Positions 1-7,728 of a DNA stretch of 15,298 nucleotides are shown here, one piece after another (the stretch's first letter is position 1; every line of letters starts with the position of its first letter). The notes beneath the pieces were generated by a model, which was not told the DNA's origin, did no database searches, and worked only from the letters and a program-made list of their open reading frames with translations. Position numbers and translations under genes: made by a program. The stretch is from an uncultured Thermococci archaeon. GTDB lineage: Archaea > Methanobacteriota_B > Thermococci > Thermococcales > Thermococcaceae. Location: assembly GCA_964487115.1 (NCBI GenBank), contig CAZAPD010000036.1, positions 1-15,298 of the forward strand, given 5' to 3'.

Positions 1-2
1 GT

Positions 3-230
3 AATTCTTTTCTTTTGCCCGATAAAAGCAATAAAGAACTTAGATACTTAAATATTTCTGCAGGAGGGAGTATAACAGACAGCAAGGATATACTCTGGGT
101 CACAGCTGGTTATGGTCTCAATTTCCTCTCTATAACTTGTAATTTTGCATATCCAGAAGTAGGTGTGAAACTTGCTGATCTAAATAAAGGGGTGAATCGC
201 CAGAAAGTACATGAAAATGCTCTAAATTGA
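3..230 (+). CDS. 3' end of a hypothetical protein (partial; frame open from the window edge), possibly a degraded gene
   Basis: Frame 3 has no stop from base 3 (NSFLLPDKSNKELRYLNISAGGSITDSKDILWVTAGYG...) to TGA at 228-230. No recognisable motif; AT-rich context. Confidence 0.35.
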   Translation, partial: NSFLLPDKSNKELRYLNISAGGSITDSKDILWVTAGYGLNFLSITCNFAYPEVGVKLADLNKGVNRQKVHENALN

Positions 231-465
231 AAAGGAGACTTTCTTAGTTGTGGATAGCAGTTGGAGGATACTCAGATGCTTTTTATTCCAGTTATGTGCA
301 TTCAGATGGTTACACTTTAACATCACATCCTAAACACGATGTAATTTATCAACTGTTGGTTAATAAAGAGTTCCACAGGCATATCAAGCTTTTATTTTAA
401 AAATTACCTTTTACTGGCATAGAACTCAAAAAGATAACGAATATAATGGAAGGATCGAAAATCCT

Positions 466-1173
466 TCATATTTCATTTAAACCTTTCACAATATCTACAA
501 CCTCACTTAAATTTGAAATTACGAAATCACAGTTTTTCCAGAGCTCTCGCTTTGAAGCCTCAGGATCAAAGAGGACACTTGTCATTCCGATATTTCTGGC
601 TCCAACACAATCCTTGGCTGGGTTATCCCCCACATAGAGAGCATCTTCAGGCTCAACACCTGCTTTTTCCAGTGCCAGTTGAAATGGTCTTGGATGGGGT
701 TTGTAGAAGCCTGCATCTTCACTGGTGGTTATAGTGTCAAAGAGGTTATAAATGCCAAGAGCCTTCAGATGAGCCTCGATGTAATCGTTATCAGAGTCAG
801 TGATAATTCCAACATGAAGACCTAAATTCCTGAGAGCCTTTATTGTGTCCACTGCATCGGGAAAGAGTTCTCCATATCGCTCATGCATGGTAATGGTTAT
901 TCTCCAGAAGTTCTCGGGAAGAGTAAAGCCATAACGTTCGGCGACCTTCTGCATTGCTCTGGTGTCAACATCTTTGATTTTAACGTAGGGCTTCCCTGCA
1001 AGCTCCTTAAACATGGCAGAACTTTCCGCTTCATACTCTTTCCACAGTTGCATAACATCAAGATCCGTTTTTCCAACCCTTCTGAGGACTTCTCTCATGA
1101 TGTTTTGATGGGTAATGTTCTCACCAGCTTTCGTTATGAGCGTACCCACAAAGTCAAAGAACACAGCTTTCAT
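466..1173 (-). CDS. HAD-superfamily hydrolase, subfamily IA (PH0459-like haloacid dehalogenase/phosphatase)
   Basis: Motif I FFDFVGTL, motif II GIITDSD, motif III KPHPRPF, motif IV YVGDNPAKD. SD GGTGATG upstream. Closely resembles Pyrococcus PH0459 as recalled. Confidence 0.92.
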   Translation of the reverse strand: MKAVFFDFVGTLITKAGENITHQNIMREVLRRVGKTDLDVMQLWKEYEAESSAMFKELAGKPYVKIKDVDTRAMQKVAERYGFTLPENFWRITITMHERYGELFPDAVDTIKALRNLGLHVGIITDSDNDYIEAHLKALGIYNLFDTITTSEDAGFYKPHPRPFQLALEKAGVEPEDALYVGDNPAKDCVGARNIGMTSVLFDPEASKRELWKNCDFVISNLSEVVDIVKGLNEI

Positions 1174-1203
1174 TTGACATCACCATGAGAGTTTGGAAAA
1201 AAG

Positions 1204-1217
1204 CATTAAAACCCTTG
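1204..1217 (-). promoter_or_regulatory. Putative BRE/TATA promoter of the HAD gene
   Basis: Minus strand reads CAAGGG-TTTTAATG about 30 nt upstream of the ATG at 1173. Confidence 0.45.
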
Positions 1218-1285
1218 CCTGTTGAAATAACAAGCCATATGCTAAAATTCTTCAAAAGACTGTACTTATAACGGAAAATCATTAG

Positions 1286-1313
1286 AAAAACTTTATCATG
1301 TTCGAGAGCATGA
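1286..1313 (-). terminator. Possible terminator of the ASCH operon (short inverted repeat plus T tract)
   Basis: Minus strand: TCATG-N8-CATGA (1313-1296), about 10 nt after the stop at 1323, then TTTTT (1290-1286). Confidence 0.3.
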
Positions 1314-1322
1314 GTTGGAATA

Positions 1323-1889
1323 TTAAAGCTTCGACCTCATGAGGCCCCGTATCTTCAACTCCTTGTATGCCTTTCTTAGGGCTTCTCTTATCATATAGCG
1401 TTTGTTGAGACCACCGAGTTTATATGAAGCTTTTCTCAGGCTTCCCATTTTAAGGAACAGCTCAATTAGCTTCTTATCATTCTCTGGAAGATCGAGGTGT
1501 TTTATGGCCATCTCCGCAATCTCAATCGGATTGTTCCCCTCATACGGGAAATTCGCTGATAAAATCTGTCTGTCGAATTTCTCCTTCAACTCAAATTCCA
1601 CAATTGTCACCTTTGTATTGGGCTTTATGCCTCCATAGTGCCTTCTGAGAGCATCCAAGAGTTCATCTCTTGTTTTAAACCCATCCTTTTTTGCGTCTTC
1701 ATCAGTTAGCTCACTGATGTCTTTTTCCTCCACCTTCTTTATAACTGCCCTCCCGAGAACATAACCGCCTGAATGAAGCAGAATTTCATCTCCGGGAGCG
1801 AGATTTACCCTTCCCAATCTTATTGTTGCCCTCTTTTTTCCGCTTAAAATCAGCTGTCTGTATCTTCCATCAAACTTCAGGTTTTTCAT
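1323..1889 (-). CDS. ASCH (PUA-like) domain protein, GxKxxTxR subtype, with a C-terminal helical/HTH-like extension
   Basis: [14 protein letters not shown] (GxKxxTxR), [11 protein letters not shown] and VTIVEF are typical ASCH core motifs. About 85 extra C-terminal residues ([26 protein letters not shown]). ATG at 1889 follows SD GGTGG; the ORF track starts at GTG 1898. Confidence 0.85.
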   Translation of the reverse strand: MKNLKFDGRYRQLILSGKKRATIRLGRVNLAPGDEILLHSGGYVLGRAVIKKVEEKDISELTDEDAKKDGFKTRDELLDALRRHYGGIKPNTKVTIVEFELKEKFDRQILSANFPYEGNNPIEIAEMAIKHLDLPENDKKLIELFLKMGSLRKASYKLGGLNKRYMIREALRKAYKELKIRGLMRSKL

Positions 1890-2229
1890 CCCAACCACCG
1901 GGTCTTAAAAGCCTGAATCTTATTGCTATTACTCCGTATCTATTTTCTTTCCGTTTGGGATACATCCCATGAAACCTCTTCAGGGCAACTTCAAAACTTG
2001 GATTGTCTGGGAATATTTTTTCAATTGGTTCCTCCCTCAACACCTGTCTGAAAGTTTCATATTTTTTTATGTTTATAACTTCAGCAGGCACTTCATTATT
2101 GAAAAGTATTTTGTCACCGGGTTTCATGTTCTTAAATTGGGGATAAGCTACTCTAACTTCGATCTTCTTTTTCCCTGTCTTTATCATCTCAAGATATTCT
2201 TCCCTGACTCTGAGTCTATGCACTTTCAT
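1870..2229 (-). CDS. ASCH domain protein, GxKxxExR subtype (resembles P. furiosus PF0470/PF0455-type proteins)
   Basis: [32 protein letters not shown] and YGVIAIRF. Likely start is ATG 2229 (MKVHRL). Overlaps the downstream ASCH gene by 20 nt. Confidence 0.88.
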   Translation of the reverse strand: MKVHRLRVREEYLEMIKTGKKKIEVRVAYPQFKNMKPGDKILFNNEVPAEVINIKKYETFRQVLREEPIEKIFPDNPSFEVALKRFHGMYPKRKENRYGVIAIRFRLLRPGGWDEKPEV

Positions 2230-2261
2230 TTTCCCAACTCTCAACTTAAACTCTCGATAGA

Positions 2262-2313
2262 GCTTAAAAGCTTAGCTAAGGGAAACTTTTAAATCTTGGA
2301 AGGTTAATACCTT
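2262..2313. promoter_or_regulatory. Back-to-back promoters for the ASCH operon (-) and the pilin-eppA operon (+), with palindromes
   Basis: Minus TATA-like CTTTTAAG (about 2263-2270). Plus BRE-TATA GAAAC-TTTTAAAT (2282-2294). Perfect palindrome CTTAGCTAAG (2271-2280) between them. AAGGT-taat-ACCTT at 2300-2313. Confidence 0.5.
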
Positions 2314-2326
2314 TTAAGGTGGGAGA

Positions 2327-2491
2327 ATGAGAAAAGCTCAAGCAGCCTTAGAATACCTCTTTATGATGGCGGCAGTTTTAGTTCTTGTTGCAATAGCAGC
2401 AAAAGTCATATTGACCAGCACAAAAACTATTAATCAAGGTATAGAAAACTATACAACTCAGATTAGACAGAAGATTTTAGAAAATCTATGA
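2327..2491 (+). CDS. Class III signal peptide protein (DUF361/EppA-type type IV pilin-like), 54 aa; not in the ORF track
   Basis: Manual translation: MRKA/QAALEYLFMMAAVLVLVAIAAKVILTSTKTINQGIENYTTQIRQKILENL*. Basic leader, Q at +1, E at +5, then a hydrophobic helix. SD GGTGGGAG. The stop overlaps the SD (GAGGTGA) of the peptidase gene. Confidence 0.88.
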   Translation: MRKAQAALEYLFMMAAVLVLVAIAAKVILTSTKTINQGIENYTTQIRQKILENL

Positions 2492-2500
2492 GGTGAAATA

Positions 2501-3637
2501 ATGCAGGAACTCTTCTTAATAGTTCTTGGGGTTATTATGGGGGTTCTTACTTCTTATACGGATATCAAAACAGGTTTCATTGATGATCTTCATGTTTTCC
2601 CATTTGCTATCATCGGCATTATTTATTATCTCTATGAGGGGTTCTTTGTGCAGCATAATGTCCTCTTGGCATTTTCTGGCATAATAGGTTTTGTTGTTGG
2701 CTTATTTCTTGGATTGCTTCTGTATTTCTTCGGTGGCTGGGCTTCGGGGGATGTCGTAATCCTTGCAGGCTTCTCGGCCCTTTTTCCTTATGCCTCAAGT
2801 TATGCCAGAGTTATTGCTCCCTATACCGTTAAATATCCTCTTCACCCGCTCACATTGATGCTCAACAGCATAATTGCGATATTTCCCTTGGTGTTCATCT
2901 ATGCATTTGGGGTAATAATCATTCGAAGAAAGACAGGGGAACTCAAAGAAATTTTTTTCAATAAGGCAAACTTATCTCTTGAAGTTGCTCTCTGGATAAT
3001 GGGTGCCATGGCCTTTACCCTACTTTTGAATGAGTTCTTAGGCATAATACTTAACAATGCTGCCCGTTATGTCCTCACACTGTTTCTGATATTTATCTTA
3101 GGTAAGAAAAGAGAGATTGGGGACATAATAGGTGTAGCTGCAGTTGGGTACATGACATATGCATATGGTATATCCATTATAGGCGCATTCGTCAAGTTGC
3201 TCGCCGTTCTATACTTCTTCAAGATTTTCTTCTCTGTGATTTCCTTCATAAGAAAGGAGGTTCTGATTGAGGAGAAGGCTGTTGAGGATATTGAAGAATG
3301 GGATATCTTGGGAGAATGGCTCTATGAAAAGGAAGGAAAAATTTTCAGGGATAGGGAGAGCTTTTTTGAAAAGATAAAGAGGGCGATTTCAAAAGGAGAT
3401 CTAAATTCCCTAATACCTAAATACGAGAACGTCATTGCTTCTCCAACCGCTGAAGGCCTAACAAAAGAACAGATTGCAATTCTCAAGCAACTGGTTGAAG
3501 AAGGTAGGTTGGAAAACAGATTTTTAATCAAAAAATCAATGCCTTTTGCCCCGGCTTTGTTCATAGGTTTTCTGATTTCAGTTTTTTATGGAGATCTGTT
3601 CTGGTGGATATCACTCAAGATGAGTGGTCTCGGATGA
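2501..3637 (+). CDS. eppA: A24-family prepilin peptidase, EppA-type (extra transmembrane segments)
   Basis: First catalytic Asp in YTDIKTG, GxGD-like motif GGWASGDV, C-terminal MPFAPALFIG, many TM helices. At 378 aa it is longer than FlaK/PibD-type enzymes, and it lies next to a QxxxE pilin. Confidence 0.85.
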   Translation: MQELFLIVLGVIMGVLTSYTDIKTGFIDDLHVFPFAIIGIIYYLYEGFFVQHNVLLAFSGIIGFVVGLFLGLLLYFFGGWASGDVVILAGFSALFPYASSYARVIAPYTVKYPLHPLTLMLNSIIAIFPLVFIYAFGVIIIRRKTGELKEIFFNKANLSLEVALWIMGAMAFTLLLNEFLGIILNNAARYVLTLFLIFILGKKREIGDIIGVAAVGYMTYAYGISIIGAFVKLLAVLYFFKIFFSVISFIRKEVLIEEKAVEDIEEWDILGEWLYEKEGKIFRDRESFFEKIKRAISKGDLNSLIPKYENVIASPTAEGLTKEQIAILKQLVEEGRLENRFLIKKSMPFAPALFIGFLISVFYGDLFWWISLKMSGLG

Positions 3638-4247
3638 GCCCTTCGATGATCTCTTTGACCTCCCACAGACTCTCAACATTGTGATCTCCTTCAACTCCTT
3701 CGTGGGGATTTATTGCTATGCTCACGTCTGCCTCTAAAAACATGCTCAGGTCGTTATATCCATCACCAACCGCCACAGTGAACTCGGGGTTTAATGATTT
3801 TTTAAGCTCCCTTAATATGGCTCCCTTGCTCTTGAAGTCGACGATGGGATTCACCTTTCCGGTGATACCCCCATTCTCATCGAATATCAACTCGTTTGCG
3901 AAGACATAATCAACGCCCAGCTCCCTCGCTATTCTTTCAGCCAAACACATCAGCCCGCTGCTCAGGATTGCTATTTTAAAGTCATTCTTTTTAAGGAACT
4001 CAATAAGTTCCTTCGCACCATCCATGTATTCGACCGAGTTAACCCACTCCATAATTTCTTCCTTGGTGTGCCCCTTCCAGAGGGAAGCATCCAGTTCGGC
4101 CCATGTCACGTAGTCGAATTCTCCAGCAAAAAAGCGCTCGGCGTATTCCTTTCCCTTCCCCCATGTCCCAAAGCGCTTGTGTAGCTCCACCCAGCTCGAC
4201 ACGGATTTGACCAGAGTCCCCTCAAGATCAAAGGCTATCAGTCTCAT
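3615..4247 (-). CDS. HAD-IB phosphatase, phosphoserine phosphatase (SerB)-like
   Basis: IAFDLEGTL, ILSSGL, K in DFKSKG, AVGDGYNDL and FANEL. Start ATG 4247 after SD GGTGA (ORF track starts at 4256). Confidence 0.85.
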   Translation of the reverse strand: MRLIAFDLEGTLVKSVSSWVELHKRFGTWGKGKEYAERFFAGEFDYVTWAELDASLWKGHTKEEIMEWVNSVEYMDGAKELIEFLKKNDFKIAILSSGLMCLAERIARELGVDYVFANELIFDENGGITGKVNPIVDFKSKGAILRELKKSLNPEFTVAVGDGYNDLSMFLEADVSIAINPHEGVEGDHNVESLWEVKEIIEGLIRDHSS

Positions 4248-4301
4248 TGGATTCACCTTTTAGCTTAACATTGGAAACCACGAACTTAAAAATCTGCTGT
4301 C

Positions 4302-4976
<675 letters not shown>

Positions 4977-4988
4977 TCAACATTGGAA

Positions 4989-5000
4989 TATTTAAGTTTG
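4989..5000 (-). promoter_or_regulatory. Putative BRE/TATA promoter of pcm
   Basis: Minus strand reads CAAA-CTTAAATA about 30 nt upstream of the pcm ATG. Confidence 0.5.
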
Positions 5001-5020
5001 GGGATGAAGTGGAGAATTAG

Positions 5021-5145
5021 TGGCCGGCGGCGTCCCCGGTTTCCCGCCCCCTCTCGGAGGGCAGTACACCCGGGATCGCTGGCGGGCTTAACTTCCGGGG
5101 TCGAAACGAGACCGGGTGTGACCCCGCCGCTATGACCGCCGTACC
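5021..5145 (-). rRNA. rrf: 5S ribosomal RNA (stand-alone copy)
   Basis: Reverse complement reads GGTACGGCGGTCATAGCGGCGGGGTCACACCCGGTCTCGTTTCGACCCCGGAAGTTAAGCCCGCCAGCG...GGGAAACCGGGGACGCCGCCGGCCA. It has the canonical 5S GAAGTTAAGC motif, helix I end pairing, ~125 nt length and is a GC-rich island. Confidence 0.97.
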
Positions 5146-5165
5146 GATACATACCTCCCGCGGTG

Positions 5166-5177
5166 GATTTATAAATC
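5166..5177. promoter_or_regulatory. Palindromic TATA box (GATTTATAAATC) for the 5S rRNA gene, possibly also for the divergent CDS
   Basis: TTTATAAA at 5168-5175 reads the same on both strands. It is ~22 nt from the 5S 5' end (5145) and ~24 nt from ATG 5200. Confidence 0.7.
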
Positions 5178-5199
5178 TTGTGGTCGAATGGATTCTCGT

Positions 5200-6705
5200 A
5201 TGGAAGACAAGATACCGGAACTTTTGGTAACACTCAGAGGAAGGACACCTTTAACATCTGAAAAACGGCTTAAAGATTTTCAGCTTAGCCTTCAGAGGAT
5301 CAAGAACGGAGAATTTGCTGAATTTGAGGGTTTTCTCCTCCTCAGGAAGCCACCTTATGCTCCTAATGATGCAGTTTATTACCTCCTCTCGCCCCTGCAG
5401 CCTTCCGAACTCCAGAAAACTTCTATGGTTCCTTATCTGGTTCTTAAAATAACGGAGAACAGTAAAATCTCTGGCAGTGTGAGGAGTGGGAGTTATGCTA
5501 GGGTCACCGGTTTTATGGATTCCTATCCTTATGGTACGCTGAGGATGCTGAGGGTTAGCCATCTGAGAGCCGAAGACTACTCGAAATACTGGCTTCAGTA
5601 TGATGGGATGGCTCTGAGCAAGAGGGAGCTTGAGGGCCTGTTAATGGACACCCTCTACGCTAATTATGACTTTGAAAAAGCTTTCTTATATTCCCTCTTT
5701 GCATCTCCTCGGATAGTGGGCTCGAACAGGGAATGGGGAGAGGGAGTTACATTTTCGACATTTAAGAACATGGACAGAATCGTTCTCTCAATCTGGGAAG
5801 CTGTGAAGTACATAACGGGACTTTTTCCGAAGGAGCTTCATCTAAGAAAGGAGCGGAAGTGTTATTTTGTGGATGAAGCCATCGATCTGGATTTTGTGTT
5901 GTATCTTCCGGAAACTCCCGTCAGGTATTATTCTCCCTTTTCCAAAGGGGTACTTAAAAATGAAATACCTGCCCCAAAATGGGCATTCAGATATTTTAAC
6001 TCAAAAATCGCCGTTTTTTTAACGCCTAAAAAAACAAAAATCCGACCTGATGATCCTCTTGCATATCTCTCCGAGGTACCTTTCATACTAAATGAGCCCG
6101 TGGGATATGAAAGAAATCGAGAACTTGAACAGCTCATTCCAAATGTTATAGTCACGATATTCAGAGAGAGAGCAAAAATGTCATCAATGAGCATGGGAGA
6201 CAGTGCTCTTCAGAAATTCAGGGAAAAATTTGAGGACTGGGTCACCAGAAACAAGAGGGAGTACGGGGAGAAATTCGATGCGTTGAGATTGAGCGGTATG
6301 ATATTTGAGACTAACACGCGCTTTCTTCTGAGCACTCATCTACTTGGTTCGATGGCAAGATTTGAGGGGGAGCTGAAAAAGGGGATAATAAGCGATGTCC
6401 TCCTTGTAAATCAGGAGATTCTTGACATGTGGATGAACGAGATACCACCTGACATTCTGATGAGGGCTGTTAAGAACTATGAAAGATATATAAGCGGGGA
6501 CAGGAGAGCCAACATAGCCCTGAGCATATTCATGGATTTAGAGGCGACATCGGCTGATGGCAGTGTCTCAAGGGAAGAATTCCACAGGGCCCTCATCAGG
6601 TACGGCTTCAGGAAGAATGATGCAACGAGAATCATTGAGCGTCTCATGCGTGAGGGTTATCTTTACGAGCCATTCTTTGGAAAACTGAGGATGATAAAAT
6701 ACTGA
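5200..6705 (+). CDS. Hypothetical protein; probable inactivated MCM-like AAA+ paralogue (OB-fold, degenerate AAA+, C-terminal winged helix)
   Basis: Long ORF with coding-like codon use (alternative start 5188). TLYANYDFEKAFLYSLF, VKYITGLFPK, LSEVPFIL, TRFLLSTHLLGSMARF and IIERLMREGYLYEPFFGKLRMI parallel MCM elements. No Walker A/B. The CDS call is confident; the family call is inference. Confidence 0.7.
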   Translation: MEDKIPELLVTLRGRTPLTSEKRLKDFQLSLQRIKNGEFAEFEGFLLLRKPPYAPNDAVYYLLSPLQPSELQKTSMVPYLVLKITENSKISGSVRSGSYARVTGFMDSYPYGTLRMLRVSHLRAEDYSKYWLQYDGMALSKRELEGLLMDTLYANYDFEKAFLYSLFASPRIVGSNREWGEGVTFSTFKNMDRIVLSIWEAVKYITGLFPKELHLRKERKCYFVDEAIDLDFVLYLPETPVRYYSPFSKGVLKNEIPAPKWAFRYFNSKIAVFLTPKKTKIRPDDPLAYLSEVPFILNEPVGYERNRELEQLIPNVIVTIFRERAKMSSMSMGDSALQKFREKFEDWVTRNKREYGEKFDALRLSGMIFETNTRFLLSTHLLGSMARFEGELKKGIISDVLLVNQEILDMWMNEIPPDILMRAVKNYERYISGDRRANIALSIFMDLEATSADGSVSREEFHRALIRYGFRKNDATRIIERLMREGYLYEPFFGKLRMIKY

Positions 6706-6714
6706 GGGGTGGAA

Positions 6715-7065
6715 ATGGGTAGAAAAAAGTTTTTTCGTCAGAAGGAGCAGAGAGAGAAGAGAAAAATAGCGAAGGAGAGAATCGATATCCTTTTTACGCT
6801 TGCGGAAAGGGTTTTTCCCCATGAACCAGAGCTTGCCAACCGCTACGTGGAGATAGCCCTTGCAGTTCAGCAAAAGGCCAGAATAAGGATGCCAAGAAAG
6901 TGGAAACGCCGCTACTGTAAGAGATGTCATTCTTTTCTGGTTCCCGGTGTTAATGCTCGTGTAAGACTGAGAAACGGCCGTGTTGTTATCAAATGTCTTG
7001 AATGCGGCCACATCATGAGGTATCCTTACATCAGGGAGCAGAAGGAGAGACGGAGGAAGCTATAA
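6715..7065 (+). CDS. rnp4: Ribonuclease P protein component 4 (Rpp21)
   Basis: IAKERIDILFTLA, LANRYVEIA, zinc ribbon CKRC...CLECG, RYPY. ATG 6715 after SD GAGGGGTG. Confidence 0.96.
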   Translation: MGRKKFFRQKEQREKRKIAKERIDILFTLAERVFPHEPELANRYVEIALAVQQKARIRMPRKWKRRYCKRCHSFLVPGVNARVRLRNGRVVIKCLECGHIMRYPYIREQKERRRKL

Positions 7066-7099
7066 AGTGAGATCCAGAAAAGAGTGGATAAGCACACAA

Positions 7100-7675
7100 T
7101 CACTCCACATTCACAAAAGCTACAGCTCTCACAGGACTTCCAGAGCCGCCTTCAATCCTGAGTGGAAGCGCCAAGAACGTGAACTCTTTGTTCAGAAGAA
7201 GCTCTAAGTTTGTCAGATTCTCAAACACAGGCACCTCCTCACTGAGGAGTATTCTGTGAACAGCATCATCTCCTATACTCATGGAATCTATACCCACCGC
7301 CCTCACACCTTCGGCCACAAGAAACAGAGCCAGTTCCGGCGAGAGTTCCCTTCCACTGGTTAGGAAAAGCACAATTCTGTCAAAATAACCCTCGTCTGGA
7401 ATCTCATCCAGCCGTATCGGGCCATCTCCATTTCTAACGTCTATAACCATGCCCTTTCCAAAGAATCTGTCCAAGGGCATCTCGTCGATGGTTTTCCCGC
7501 CTGGGAGAAAGTGCGCCGGCGCATCAACGTGCGTCCCAGAATGCTCTCCCATCTTCAGAACGTTCATGTAGTAGCCGTCTCTGTCGATGACAGCCCATAG
7601 CTTTATACTTACTGGAGGATCATCTGGATAGACAGGTGTATCCTCAGAGATAGGCACCGAAAGGTCAACTATCAT
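7100..7675 (-). CDS. Cyclase-family metal-dependent hydrolase (kynurenine formamidase-like)
   Basis: [12 protein letters not shown] signature, VDLSVP, PVYPDDP, GIDSMS, ENL and [10 protein letters not shown]. Confidence 0.92.
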   Translation of the reverse strand: MIVDLSVPISEDTPVYPDDPPVSIKLWAVIDRDGYYMNVLKMGEHSGTHVDAPAHFLPGGKTIDEMPLDRFFGKGMVIDVRNGDGPIRLDEIPDEGYFDRIVLFLTSGRELSPELALFLVAEGVRAVGIDSMSIGDDAVHRILLSEEVPVFENLTNLELLLNKEFTFLALPLRIEGGSGSPVRAVAFVNVE

Positions 7676-7689
7676 GGGAACACCAATCC

Positions 7690-7712
7690 TTTTTAACGTC
7701 TCTGGTTAAAAA
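7690..7712. promoter_or_regulatory. Overlapping divergent TATA boxes forming an 8-bp inverted repeat (cyclase / ahcY)
   Basis: TTTTTAAC-gtctctg-GTTAAAAA. Each arm is ~30 nt upstream of the start of the gene it would drive (7729 on +, 7675 on -). Confidence 0.55.
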
Positions 7713-7728
7713 TTCTGCGGTGGTATTA

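Noticed and set aside
7690..7712. Match to Phr heat-shock or SurR operator
   Set aside because: Only the outer TTT/AAA fit the recalled Phr pattern, and the arrangement is AAC-N7-GTT, not the SurR GTT-N3-AAC. Two TATA boxes explain it more simply.
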